DNA of 64,000 nt from Candidatus Bathyarchaeia archaeon (GCA_050010515.1 JBEKKX010000012.1:1-64000); one strand, 5' to 3'. Numbered from the stretch's first letter, positions 8,763-18,818 are shown. The notes: generated by a model not told the origin, from the letters alone. Numbers and translations: made by a program.

Positions 8763-10069
8763 AAGAATCAAATATTGACGTTGAAGTTCACCATGTAACA
8801 AGAGTTGAAGGACATGGAAATATCAATGTGAATGTCAAAAATGGACTTATAGAAAAATGTGAATGGAGCATTTCAGAAGCACCAAGGTTCTTTGAAGCCA
8901 TGGTTGTAGGAAGATCATGGAATGAACTACACCACATCACCTCTCGCATATGCGGCATATGCTCAATTGGCCATACACTTGCTTCATTGAAAGCCACAGA
9001 ATCAGCCTTAGGCATAACTATAAGTGAACAAGACCTAAAACTTAGAAAACTAGCATTACATGCAGAAAATATGCAGAGCCACATTTTACATGTAGGTTTT
9101 CTAGTTCTACCTGACTTGATGGGCGTAGGTTCAGTAATTCCTCTTGCGTCCACAAATCTTTCAGAGGTTAAGATAGTTCTTCAACTTCACAGAACCGCAA
9201 ATGAGATGTCAAACTTGCTCTGTGGAAGAACAACACATCCTCAAAGATTGATACCAGGCGGTTTCTCTAAAATCCCGTCTATGAAAGAATTAATAGCACT
9301 CAGAAAGAAACTACAAGATTCTATTCCAAACCTTCTAGCAGTGGCGGAATTATTCAAGAGCTTAGCAGGCAGATTACCCGATTTCAAAAGAGAAACAGAA
9401 TTCATTTCTTTAACTGACCCAAGTGAATACACGCTCTATGACGGAAAACTGGCTTCATCAGACACAGGCACTGCACCAGTAAAAGAATATCTTGCATACA
9501 CAAACGAGTACATTATTCCGCAATCCACCGCTAAATGGGCAAAGCATAACCGTGAATCGTACATGGTAGGTGCTTTAGCCAGGCTAAATAACAATTACAA
9601 GAGATTATCCCCGATGGCTCAAAAAACAGCTGAGAAGTTCAATCTTCTACCAATGTGCTACAATCCTTTCATGAATAGTATTGCTCAACTTGTCGAAGTG
9701 GTTCACAGCGTCGAAGATTCGATACGACTAATAAACGAACTTGAAGCAGCAGGTCTCCAACCTCAACCAGACTACAATAAACCAGAAGTCAAAGTGAAGG
9801 CAGGCACCGGCGTTGGTGCAGTAGAGGTACCAAGAGGCATATTATTCCATGATTACACCTACAACGAAAAGGGAATATGCACAAAAGCCAACTGTATAAT
9901 CCCAACCAACCAAAACCACGGAAACATTCAGTTAGACATGAAATCTATTCTTCCGCAGATTATCGATAAACCGCCAAAAGAGATTGAATTAACGCTGGAA
10001 ATGTTAGTAAGAGCTTACGACCCATGCATTTCTTGCTCCACACACGTTGTAAAAGTCAACTTAACTTAG
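8759..10069 (+). CDS. Group 3b [NiFe] hydrogenase large (alpha) subunit
   Basis: TRVEGHG, L1 RICGIC, EVPRG, L2 RAYDPCISCSTH plus 7-aa tail; ATGA overlap with delta subunit. Confidence 0.96.
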   Translation: MKESNIDVEVHHVTRVEGHGNINVNVKNGLIEKCEWSISEAPRFFEAMVVGRSWNELHHITSRICGICSIGHTLASLKATESALGITISEQDLKLRKLALHAENMQSHILHVGFLVLPDLMGVGSVIPLASTNLSEVKIVLQLHRTANEMSNLLCGRTTHPQRLIPGGFSKIPSMKELIALRKKLQDSIPNLLAVAELFKSLAGRLPDFKRETEFISLTDPSEYTLYDGKLASSDTGTAPVKEYLAYTNEYIIPQSTAKWAKHNRESYMVGALARLNNNYKRLSPMAQKTAEKFNLLPMCYNPFMNSIAQLVEVVHSVEDSIRLINELEAAGLQPQPDYNKPEVKVKAGTGVGAVEVPRGILFHDYTYNEKGICTKANCIIPTNQNHGNIQLDMKSILPQIIDKPPKEIELTLEMLVRAYDPCISCSTHVVKVNLT

Positions 10070-10144
10070 ATCGAACGAATCCTTCAGCAGCCAAACATTG
10101 ACTCAGCCAAAATTCCGATGAGTATCCATCAATAAAGACGGAAT

Positions 10145-10415
10145 TTGATACACGTAGTAAGATTAACTCTTGATTCGGAAAGAAAAAATGGTGAATTTGC
10201 TATCATGGTAAGCGACTCATGGCACGGGCTAGGATTAGGATCAAAACTTATGGATTACATTATTGATATAGCTAAGGACTTGAAATTAGAAACAATTTAC
10301 AGTTACGTTTACCCTCGCCAACATAAAAATGACCAATCTATGCTGCAAAAAAGGATTTGAAACTAAACCAGTAGATGAATACACCATAAACATGTACATG
10401 ACTTTGCCACGTTAG
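10145..10415 (+). pseudogene. GNAT acetyltransferase domain fragment (Pat / acyl-CoA ligase-type), frameshifted
   Basis: GEFAIMVSDSWHGLGLGSKLMDYII, continuing in another frame as LANIKMTNLCCKKGFETKPVDEYTINMYMTLPR*. Confidence 0.75.
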
Positions 10416-10463
10416 ACTTAATGTCCTTCAGATTCCATTTATAAAATTTCAGATGGTGTGTAT

Positions 10464-10617
10464 TTAGCTATTGGCTTTTGTCTTGGGTATTTGTGTGTGC
10501 TCAAGCCTATCCCCCGGGTCTACTAGATGCTTCTAATATGCTTCAAATATGATTCAACATAGATGTGCATAGAACGAAGACCGCGCACTTTGCATGCAGA
10601 ATGCGTTGTTTTTGATT
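10464..10617. repeat. Dispersed ~150-bp non-coding repeat, copy 1
   Basis: Shares GGGTATTTGTGTGTGCTCA, GGTCTACTAGATGCTTCTAATATGC and CAAATATGATTCAACATAG with 59251-59398. Confidence 0.9.
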
Positions 10618-10814
10618 GTTTTAATCAGGAAAGAAACTTGCTAATATTGAAAGAGGAAAAAAACCAGAGCTAAATACTCACTAAAACTTTACGATAAGCA
10701 CTTTTACTTCTTTAAAATAAAGTCGATTAAAATAATTGTTTTGTCTATTGGTCAGGGCATAGAGCGACGGCTTCATTGTAAGCTCGCAATCTCGATTTTA
10801 GGGATTAACTGGGG

Positions 10815-10985
10815 TTAAGTTGCTGCTACTTTGCGAAGTTCGATTCTTTCTATGTCTAGACACTCGTCACATAGGTCATAACCCGGTCTTCTAGTGCGGC
10901 TTTGAATGACGACACGGGGGTACTGTTTGCAGTTTTTTTTCCAATGCCACCTGTCAGGCTCAGGTCCCTTAACATACTCCTCCAT
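10815..10985 (-). CDS. Small putative metal-binding protein (56 aa)
   Basis: GAGGT SD before ATG 10985; WHWKKNC…LCDEC. Confidence 0.7.
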   Translation of the reverse strand: MEEYVKGPEPDRWHWKKNCKQYPRVVIQSRTRRPGYDLCDECLDIERIELRKVAAT

Positions 10986-11115
10986 TCTAAACCTCATAAT
11001 AATGTATGGAACAACAAATATTTCTAATTTGCGTAATTAACGCTCAAGAAAATTCTCAATATCACTAGTTAATGAAAAAATGTTATCAAGTTACCGCATG
11101 CATTTTTTCAAAGCG

Positions 11116-11220
11116 TTACTTTGCCTTGCCAGCCTTCTTAGCGCAAGCATCACTGCAATACTTCTTCTTGCTATCAAACGTCGTATAAACCTGCTTACAA
11201 ACTGGGCACTTCTTCTGCAT
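11116..11220 (-). CDS. 34-aa treble-clef-type zinc-finger microprotein
   Basis: MQKKCPVCKQVYTTFDSKKKYCSDACAKKAGKAK*, with GAGGCG SD; below the ORF-track cutoff. Confidence 0.75.
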   Translation of the reverse strand: MQKKCPVCKQVYTTFDSKKKYCSDACAKKAGKAK

Positions 11221-11320
11221 CCAAATCGCCTCACATTTATTTAATTAATACCTGCTTTTATGAGCTAAAAGCTTTCTCTCTAGAAAATGATTTTTGATGA
11301 TTTGATTAAGCAAGGTTCTG

Positions 11321-11490
11321 GTGGTTAGGGATTAAATTTTAATCCCCCCACGCACTAACTGTCACACACTGTTACTGCATCGCTCTGTCACTCCATCACT
11401 GACTCTCACTCCATCACTCAGTCACTCAAATTCTCTCTGTCACTCAATCACTCACGCCTACCTACCTTCCCTCTCTCTAGGCAAGCACAC
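11321..11490. repeat. Palindrome GGGATTAAA-T-TTTAATCCC with low-complexity CACT/CTCA arm
   Basis: Perfect 9-1-9 inverted repeat at 11328-11346; 13-bp direct repeat TCACTCCATCACT at 11388 and 11406; related to 481-735. Confidence 0.75.
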
Positions 11491-12103
11491 ACAGACGAAA
11501 AACACGCTACACTGAGCTGATGCACTATTTTTTTTGTGCTCGTTGCTACAGGAAAAAAGGGTTGGAAGAGAGATAGGGAGTTTACTTAAACTACTTATCA
11601 CAAAAAATCCACTTCCATATATGCGCCTATGTCAGCGGCATACTCGGTTTCGCACCTTATTTTGTTCTTTTTCTTCTTTTTTTGGCTAGGGTAGAACGCG
11701 TTTTATTGGTATGCTCGAAAAAAGCGGCGTTTACGTCAACTACCCAGCTGGGGTCTTCCTGCGAAATGTTGACTAGATTTATGTCAAATAGCTAACCTGT
11801 GAATCGCTTAAATTGCTACATGCTAATCAACTATGGAGTAAATTTAATGAAAAACTGTTATGAACTAAACAGCGCAAAGCATCAAACAACCCTCTTTCTT
11901 TTTTATATTTATCTTGAATACAAACTTCATCTATCCGTTTTTGCCGTCACCTCCCCCCCCACACAAGTCGTATAAACAAAATCGCCAATACAAAGGGGCT
12001 ATCGAGTAAGAAGCTTAAACGCTGTAAAAATTCTCGCCCAAAATAGTATTTATACATTTATGCTTTTTTGCTCGATACAAAATAAATTAGAAGGAAAATA
12101 AAA

Positions 12104-14704
12104 ATGCAAAAGCTAAAAAGTAAAACTATGGCTATTCTTATTGCTTTATTATTGACATTTTCAATGACAGCTTCAATGATACTTATACCGACTATTAACG
12201 CGCAACCGACGACGTTGAATGTCCCAGACTATCTATATGTCAGTGCATCACCTAACCCCGTAGGCGTCGGCCAAACGGTGTACGTTAGCCTCTTCTTCAC
12301 TAAACCTATACCCATAATCAATAGTACCAGTTTCTTCTTGGCGGCAACCGAATATACAGGTTTGACAGTTAACATTGTCAAGCCAGACGGAACTAATGTA
12401 ACTCTCGGACCATATACATCTGATTATACAGGTGGTGTAGCCGCAGTATCATTCGTGCCCTCTGCAGTTGGAAACTACACCTTCCAAGGGATATTTCCTG
12501 GACAATCATTAGGGTCGAGCGCTACTGGTGTGACCTACAATATGGACCCCGCTATGAGCCCACCGGTCAAACTTGTCGTACAGACATCGCCGATACCGAC
12601 ATATTCTAGTCCCCCGCTTCCAACGGCATACTGGACAACTCCAATATACGCATCAAACTATGCATGGGCGCAAACGATTGGTGGGAACTGGTATGGCTTA
12701 GGAAGACCAGGATTCTGCAATACGGGCGGATATGATGGCTCTGGAAACAACTATCAACCATATAGCACTGCACCAACTACGGCTCACATAGTGTGGACTA
12801 AACCGATAACAACCGGAGGTCAACCTGGCGGGGAAACTCCCGGTAATGAAATAACCGCGTACGTAGCATCTTCCCCACTTTACCACTATCTTGAACCGAT
12901 AATTCTCAGCGGAGTACTTTATTACAATTGGTACCCTGCTCAAACCGATATGGCAGGCATTGTTGCAGTGGATCTCTTCACAGGACAAACGCTATGGGTT
13001 AAGAATACTACTGACACGTTAATTTATGGTCAAGTGATAACAGTCCATACAGTTGAGGAATTTGGCTCTCAAGCACTTCTGTGGGCATATAATCCGGATG
13101 GTAATTATGACATATTGGATCCAGTGACTGGAAATACTATGGCAACCGTAACCGATGTACCCAGCGGGTCATTGGCTTTTCTCTTTGCAGAATCAACGAC
13201 TGCATTGATAGATTCCAATGAACCCAATTGCGCAGGATCAATACTAATCTACTATGTCAACGACACTTACAATGAATATTACCAAGTTACTGCGTCTTCG
13301 TTGACTATGTGGAACTCATCCCTATGCCTTACTGGTCCATTTGCGGTCGGTGGAATGGCTGAAATTTTCACAGGTGATTTTAAGCCATCAGGCACTAACA
13401 ACTGGGCAACAGGCATTGAGTGGTCAGTACCGGTTCCTTTGGTAAATCCAAACTTTGGTATCGCTGAAGAAAGTAACCAGGCAATAGTTTTGAGTTCATC
13501 TCCAGCCGTCCTTCCGACGTTTGCCAACCAGTTCGGTGGATCTTACGCTACAGATATAGCGTATAATCCTATTACTGGAGCATTGCTGTGGGGACCGGTA
13601 AACCAGCCGTTGACGAAATTTGATGACATAAGCATTGCAGCTACAGGCGACGGTGTGTACGTAAGGCAAGACAAGGATACAGATCAACTGTATGGTTATT
13701 CACTGACAACTGGCAAGCAACTCTGGGGACCAACTCAACTTGTAGGAAACGCTTTCAGTTATATTTTTTCTGGTGCTGCTATCGCTTACGGTCAGGTTTA
13801 CGTCTGGGACTTCGGCGGTTACGTGAATGCTGTTAATCTTACAACTGGAAAACTTGACTGGACCTATACCCGCGGATCCGCTGGGTATAATACACCATAC
13901 GGTGTATATCCTATTTGGGTCTTCGGTACGCAAAGCATTGCTGACGGAATGCTATTCCTTTCTGAAGGTCGTTGTTATAATCCACCGCTATTTCCAGGCG
14001 GAGAGAAACTTGCAATAAACTGCACTACTGGCAAACTTGTCTGGGAAATAAGCGGCGCTTTCCAGAGAGACGTATCCCCTATTGCAGATAGCGAAATGCT
14101 TGGATGGAACGGTTATGACGGCCAGATATACGCCTTCGGCATTGGACCAAGCAAAACTACTGTCACAGCACCTGACGTTGGCGTTACCGCTACCACACCA
14201 ATAACGATAACAGGCACAGTAACGGACATCTCTGCGGGCTCACAACAAAATGTAGTAGCAGCAAACTTCCCCAACGGCTTACCATGCGTATCTGACGCAA
14301 GCATGACTCAATTTATGGAAGCCGTTTACGAGCAACAGCCAATGCCGACCAACGTAACCGGAGTTCCAGTCACGATATCCGTCACCGACTCTAACGGTAA
14401 CCATTATGACATAGGCACAACCACAACTAACCCAAGCGGCTTCTACAGCCTAACATGGACACCCACCATATCAGGGAATTTCACGGTCACTGCAACTTTC
14501 GCAGGCACCCAATCATACTATGGATCTTCCGCTTATGCGGCCTTCTGCGCTAGCGCTACACCGGCAACACCAGCGCCAACCGCTACACCTGTAACAGGCC
14601 TAGCAACAATGTCAGCTCTAACTTATGGGATCGTTGCTGTAATAATCGTAATAATCATCGCAATCGCCATAGTCGGCTTGCTCTTAATGAGAAAAAAGCC
14701 ATAA
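12104..14704 (+). CDS. Secreted, C-terminally anchored PQQ-like beta-propeller surface protein, paralog 1
   Basis: Signal peptide, SPNPVGVGQ Ig-like domain, repeated …TTGK.LW motifs, YDGQIYAFG, Pro/Thr linker, TM then RKKP. Confidence 0.9.
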   Translation: MQKLKSKTMAILIALLLTFSMTASMILIPTINAQPTTLNVPDYLYVSASPNPVGVGQTVYVSLFFTKPIPIINSTSFFLAATEYTGLTVNIVKPDGTNVTLGPYTSDYTGGVAAVSFVPSAVGNYTFQGIFPGQSLGSSATGVTYNMDPAMSPPVKLVVQTSPIPTYSSPPLPTAYWTTPIYASNYAWAQTIGGNWYGLGRPGFCNTGGYDGSGNNYQPYSTAPTTAHIVWTKPITTGGQPGGETPGNEITAYVASSPLYHYLEPIILSGVLYYNWYPAQTDMAGIVAVDLFTGQTLWVKNTTDTLIYGQVITVHTVEEFGSQALLWAYNPDGNYDILDPVTGNTMATVTDVPSGSLAFLFAESTTALIDSNEPNCAGSILIYYVNDTYNEYYQVTASSLTMWNSSLCLTGPFAVGGMAEIFTGDFKPSGTNNWATGIEWSVPVPLVNPNFGIAEESNQAIVLSSSPAVLPTFANQFGGSYATDIAYNPITGALLWGPVNQPLTKFDDISIAATGDGVYVRQDKDTDQLYGYSLTTGKQLWGPTQLVGNAFSYIFSGAAIAYGQVYVWDFGGYVNAVNLTTGKLDWTYTRGSAGYNTPYGVYPIWVFGTQSIADGMLFLSEGRCYNPPLFPGGEKLAINCTTGKLVWEISGAFQRDVSPIADSEMLGWNGYDGQIYAFGIGPSKTTVTAPDVGVTATTPITITGTVTDISAGSQQNVVAANFPNGLPCVSDASMTQFMEAVYEQQPMPTNVTGVPVTISVTDSNGNHYDIGTTTTNPSGFYSLTWTPTISGNFTVTATFAGTQSYYGSSAYAAFCASATPATPAPTATPVTGLATMSALTYGIVAVIIVIIIAIAIVGLLLMRKKP

Positions 14705-14747
14705 AAACAAAACAACCAAAAAATCCACTTTCCCCTTTTTTAGTCTT

Positions 14748-14901
14748 AAGCAATGGAGAAGAGATAAGGGCTGAGAAGGCTCTGGTTAAATTCAAGAAAG
14801 ATAGGATTAGCAAGAATTTGCATTTTCTTCTTCTTAAAAATGTTCCAGAGCCTCAGCAAACCTTACTAAAAAGTCCTGAGACATGAAGTTTTACTAAAAC
14901 C
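14748..14901. repeat. 154-bp non-coding repeat with fold-back, copy 1
   Basis: 152/154 identical to 18104-18257; GCTGA-GAA-GGCTCTGG pairs with CCAGAGCC-TCAGC. Confidence 0.92.
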
Positions 14902-15495
14902 TCATATCACAAAAAAAATCCAAACTATATACTCGCAAGGTTGTTCCTAAAATGGAGGAAAAATGGTTTTAAGTCAGCTTTCTGCTTTTGGGCAACGTTC
15001 TAGCATCTTCGGTTCAAAAAAAGTTTGCAGTCAGTCGGCATCAACACTAGAAAAACATACGACCATGTTAAAAGTACTCGAAATGCAGACGCGCCGAAAA
15101 TTGCTTAAAATTGTGGGAATGCTTTTGCAGACTAAAGTTTACCTGTTTTGGAGTCAATTTCTGTGACATAACAGTAAGGGCAGAAGGTGTATAGTCTATC
15201 AGGACCAATCGCTAATGTCGGCTTACTAATACTAAAAAAAGCCATAGCGCCAAAGCATCAAACATACATCTTTCTTTTTTAATTTATCTCGAAGGCAAAT
15301 GTTTATGCCACCACAGTCTTTCCACAAGTTTTATATCTGTCGGTGCTTATTCACTTTTCCGATTATACACTTTTCTGCATAGTATTATAAGTAAGTATAC
15401 ACTTATAGGATCACTGATCAAAAAGCGTGAAGCGCGCGCTCAAATGCTCTTTATGCTTCTTGCTCAATAAAAATAAAAATTGAAGGAAAATAAAA

Positions 15496-18057
15496 ATGCA
15501 AAAGCTAAAAAGTAAAACTATGGCTATTTTGATTGCAGCAATTTTAACATTCTCAATAGGAGCTTCAACAATGCTTGTGCCATCTGCTAGTGCGCAGGGA
15601 GTTCAGCGAACTTTTTCAACTGAGACTTTCATGAATCTTTCACCAAACCCTGTAGGCGTTAATCAGTCTGTTACTGTCTATGTCTGGAATAGCCTTGCAC
15701 CGTTTCAAGCTGGCACTACTTTCTACGGATGGAATATGACCGTTACCGTCACCACCACTACTGGCGTAAAAACCACATACAAACTTCCTGAAACTCTTCC
15801 TAACGGGTTAACATACATATCCTATAAGCCTACCACGACTGGCACATACTTGTTCCAAGCCAACTTCGCAGCTGTAACGATAAACATGCAAACTTACAGT
15901 GACTTCGGTGCGCCGCCGGGCAATTACACCTTTGACTCAAGCCAAAGCACCGTTCAGAACCTAACAGTAACGACGAATCAAGTGCTCCCATGGCCTCAAA
16001 CACCCCTTCCAACGAGTTATTGGTCAACCCCGATATTTGCTACAAACGACAACTGGTATAGCCTAGTTGGAAACTGGGTAAACTCAGGAATTTATGATGG
16101 TGGTAGCCCTACCACGAACCAAGGCCCCATCACTGCTCACATACTGTGGACTACACCATTATCATTAGGCGGCCTCAGTGGAGGAACAATTAACGGATCT
16201 GCATTGCGACCTGGAAGCCCATATGGATTAAACTACTACACAGGTCTTCTCTACGAAAACAAACTTGCAGAATGGATAATCGACGGCTACATGTACTACG
16301 ACATAAATCCACCTGGCAGCATGTTTGTAAGAGGCTTGCTGGGAGTAGACTGCATAAACTTACGCACCGGACAACTAGTCTGGCAGAACCTTACTATGCC
16401 ACAGATAGCTTGCGCTCAAGTATATACGATCGATGCAGGTCTGATGTCAGGGTCACAAGCGTTTCTATGGACAGTCTCACCGGATGGGTCAACTTGGTAT
16501 CAGTACGACGCTTTAACGGGAACATTGGTGACACAGTACACAAATGTAGTCACTTCAATGGGAATGTTCGGTCCCAGTGCACTCGCTCTGAGTCCAGTTT
16601 ATGGTCCGAGCGGTGAAATACTGGTTTATGACCTAAACGAGGCGGGCAATTGGTTTGCGATGTGGAACTCAACTCTAGCTGTTCAATATCCCATCACAGC
16701 CGCAAACTCACAAAGTTATGAACCTTCCTCGGTTGCTTCTCGACCTTGGGCAAACGGAATTCAATGGAACGTTACTATTCCAACAGTGGCGGGTTTCCCC
16801 TCAGCGTCAATCTATGACTATCCAGACGGAGTGATGGTTGCCGAGGGACAAATAAACACGAACACAGCGAATCCAATCTTTGTTGATGTAGGTTACAGCC
16901 TTACTACAGGCGCACAACTTTGGGTTGAAAACCGGACAAACGTTGGATGGGGACAAGGCGGACCAGCCGTACCAGGACTGCTCGTCTTCGGCGACGCATA
17001 CGGTGGCGGGTACTACGCATTTTTCCAAAGAGAAACCCTGCAGTGGCACATCATTAACATCAAGACCGGACTCCAAACAGCCGTAACACCAGCGCTGAAC
17101 ACCGTAACTGGAAATGACTGGTCATATTATGACTGGGCTGCCCAGATAGCTTACGGAACACTATATACTACCGGCTATTCCGGGGATGTCTGCGCTTTCA
17201 ACGTTACAACAGGAGCAAGCATATGGACTTTCAGCGAAGGCAATAGCGGTGTCCAAACTCCGTTTGGAAGCTGGCCTACCTTTGGTGGAATAACAATCGC
17301 AAACGGCATAATTTACTACGGTCCTTCGCAGCATACGCCGCCCACACCTATGTATCGCGGATATGACCTATACGCAATAAATGCCACAACAGGCAAACTG
17401 ATATGGGACATTCCAGCGGTTTTCGTCTCTATGGCGGTAGCAAACGGTGAACTCGTAGGATACAATGGCTACGACAACCAAATCTACGCATTCGGAATGG
17501 GACCCAGCAAAACAACCGTTACAGCACCTGACATTGGCGTCACAACTGCCACACCAATAACGATAAGCGGAACAGTTACCGACATCTCTGCGGGCTCACA
17601 ACAAAATGTAGTAGCAGCCAACTTCCCCAACGGCTTACCATGCGTATCCGACGCAAGCATGACTCAGTGGATGGAATACGTTTACGAGCAGCAGCCAATG
17701 CCGACCAACGTAACCGGAGTTCCTGTCACGATATCTGTCACTGATTCTAACGGTAACCATTATGACATAGGCACTGTCATCACTAACCCAAGCGGCTTCT
17801 ACAGCCTCACATGGACACCCACCATATCTGGAAACTTTACAGTTACTGCAACTTTTGAAGGCACGCAATCGTACTATGGATCTTCTGCTGACACCGCATT
17901 CTGTGCCAGTGCTGCATCAGCGGCAACAACTCCTGCACCGGTAACACAAAACTTTGCAACAGTATCAGACCTAATGATGTACATGGTCGGTGGAGTAATC
18001 GCCATAATCATTGCAATAGCTGTAGTCGGTTTACTAATACTAAGAAAGAAGCCATAA
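15496..18057 (+). CDS. PQQ-like beta-propeller surface protein, paralog 2
   Basis: Same architecture; identical first 12 residues MQKLKSKTMAIL; near-identical C-terminal ~140 aa. Confidence 0.9.
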   Translation: MQKLKSKTMAILIAAILTFSIGASTMLVPSASAQGVQRTFSTETFMNLSPNPVGVNQSVTVYVWNSLAPFQAGTTFYGWNMTVTVTTTTGVKTTYKLPETLPNGLTYISYKPTTTGTYLFQANFAAVTINMQTYSDFGAPPGNYTFDSSQSTVQNLTVTTNQVLPWPQTPLPTSYWSTPIFATNDNWYSLVGNWVNSGIYDGGSPTTNQGPITAHILWTTPLSLGGLSGGTINGSALRPGSPYGLNYYTGLLYENKLAEWIIDGYMYYDINPPGSMFVRGLLGVDCINLRTGQLVWQNLTMPQIACAQVYTIDAGLMSGSQAFLWTVSPDGSTWYQYDALTGTLVTQYTNVVTSMGMFGPSALALSPVYGPSGEILVYDLNEAGNWFAMWNSTLAVQYPITAANSQSYEPSSVASRPWANGIQWNVTIPTVAGFPSASIYDYPDGVMVAEGQINTNTANPIFVDVGYSLTTGAQLWVENRTNVGWGQGGPAVPGLLVFGDAYGGGYYAFFQRETLQWHIINIKTGLQTAVTPALNTVTGNDWSYYDWAAQIAYGTLYTTGYSGDVCAFNVTTGASIWTFSEGNSGVQTPFGSWPTFGGITIANGIIYYGPSQHTPPTPMYRGYDLYAINATTGKLIWDIPAVFVSMAVANGELVGYNGYDNQIYAFGMGPSKTTVTAPDIGVTTATPITISGTVTDISAGSQQNVVAANFPNGLPCVSDASMTQWMEYVYEQQPMPTNVTGVPVTISVTDSNGNHYDIGTVITNPSGFYSLTWTPTISGNFTVTATFEGTQSYYGSSADTAFCASAASAATTPAPVTQNFATVSDLMMYMVGGVIAIIIAIAVVGLLILRKKP

Positions 18058-18103
18058 AAATCAGGCAACCAAAAAATCCATTTCCCCCTTTTTAAGGTTT
18101 AAA

Positions 18104-18257
18104 AAGCAGTGGAGAAGAGATAAGGGCTGAGAAGGCTCTGGTTAAATTCACGAAAGATAGGATTAGCAAGAATTTGCATTTTCTTCTTCTTAAAAATGTT
18201 CCAGAGCCTCAGCAAACCTTACTAAAAAGTCCTGAGACATGAAGTTTTACTAAAACC
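18104..18257. repeat. 154-bp non-coding repeat, copy 2
   Basis: Near-identical to 14748-14901, same position downstream of a PQQ gene. Confidence 0.92.
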
Positions 18258-18334
18258 CCATATTGCAGAACACAACCAAAATGCCGGTTGCTCCGAGTAT
18301 GATTTCAACCCTTGCTAGTTTGAAGCAGAGCTGG

Positions 18335-18750
18335 CTAGGGAAGATAGGAGAAAAAGTTATCTTTCTTGCAATACGAGTTGACGCCTTTTTTCAGACAAAA
18401 GCACAAAAGCTCAAAAGCCTTTTTCAAATGCATTCTAGAAATGCCAATTTTGCCGCCTGAAGCAATTCGATGTACAAATTCAACTAAGCGAGAATAATTG
18501 CGCCAATCCTTTTGGCTATGTCCAGATTTAGCAAATGACCTGGCCAAACTCTGACAACCCTGTTGTTCGAAAATGTTTCTTCAGCGTTTCATGCAGTGCT
18601 AGCAACTGAATCCGTTTACTTGGAATCGTTGAATCAACATACAGTGTTCTTGTACAAGTCAAACTGCCCAACATTTGCGTCTTTATCAACTACCCTCGGA
18701 ATATCAACATTCCAATCAAGATAAGCAAACTTGTTACCTAACTTAGCGAA
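18335..18750 (-). pseudogene. Multiply frameshifted ORF with an LHE (zincin-like) motif
   Basis: Consecutive frames read …VGQFDLYKNT / LYVDSTIPSKRIQLLALHETLKKHFR / LARSFAKSGHSQKDWRNYSRLVEFVHR. Confidence 0.4.
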
Positions 18751-18818
18751 TTTGGTTCGTTTTGTTTATATATTGGTATATTGACTATGGATGTGCAAAA
18801 AGAAGGAATATCTAAAGT

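Noticed and set aside
12104-18257. Diversity-generating retroelement (TR/VR pair)
   Set aside because: No reverse transcriptase in the window and differences between repeats are not adenine-specific
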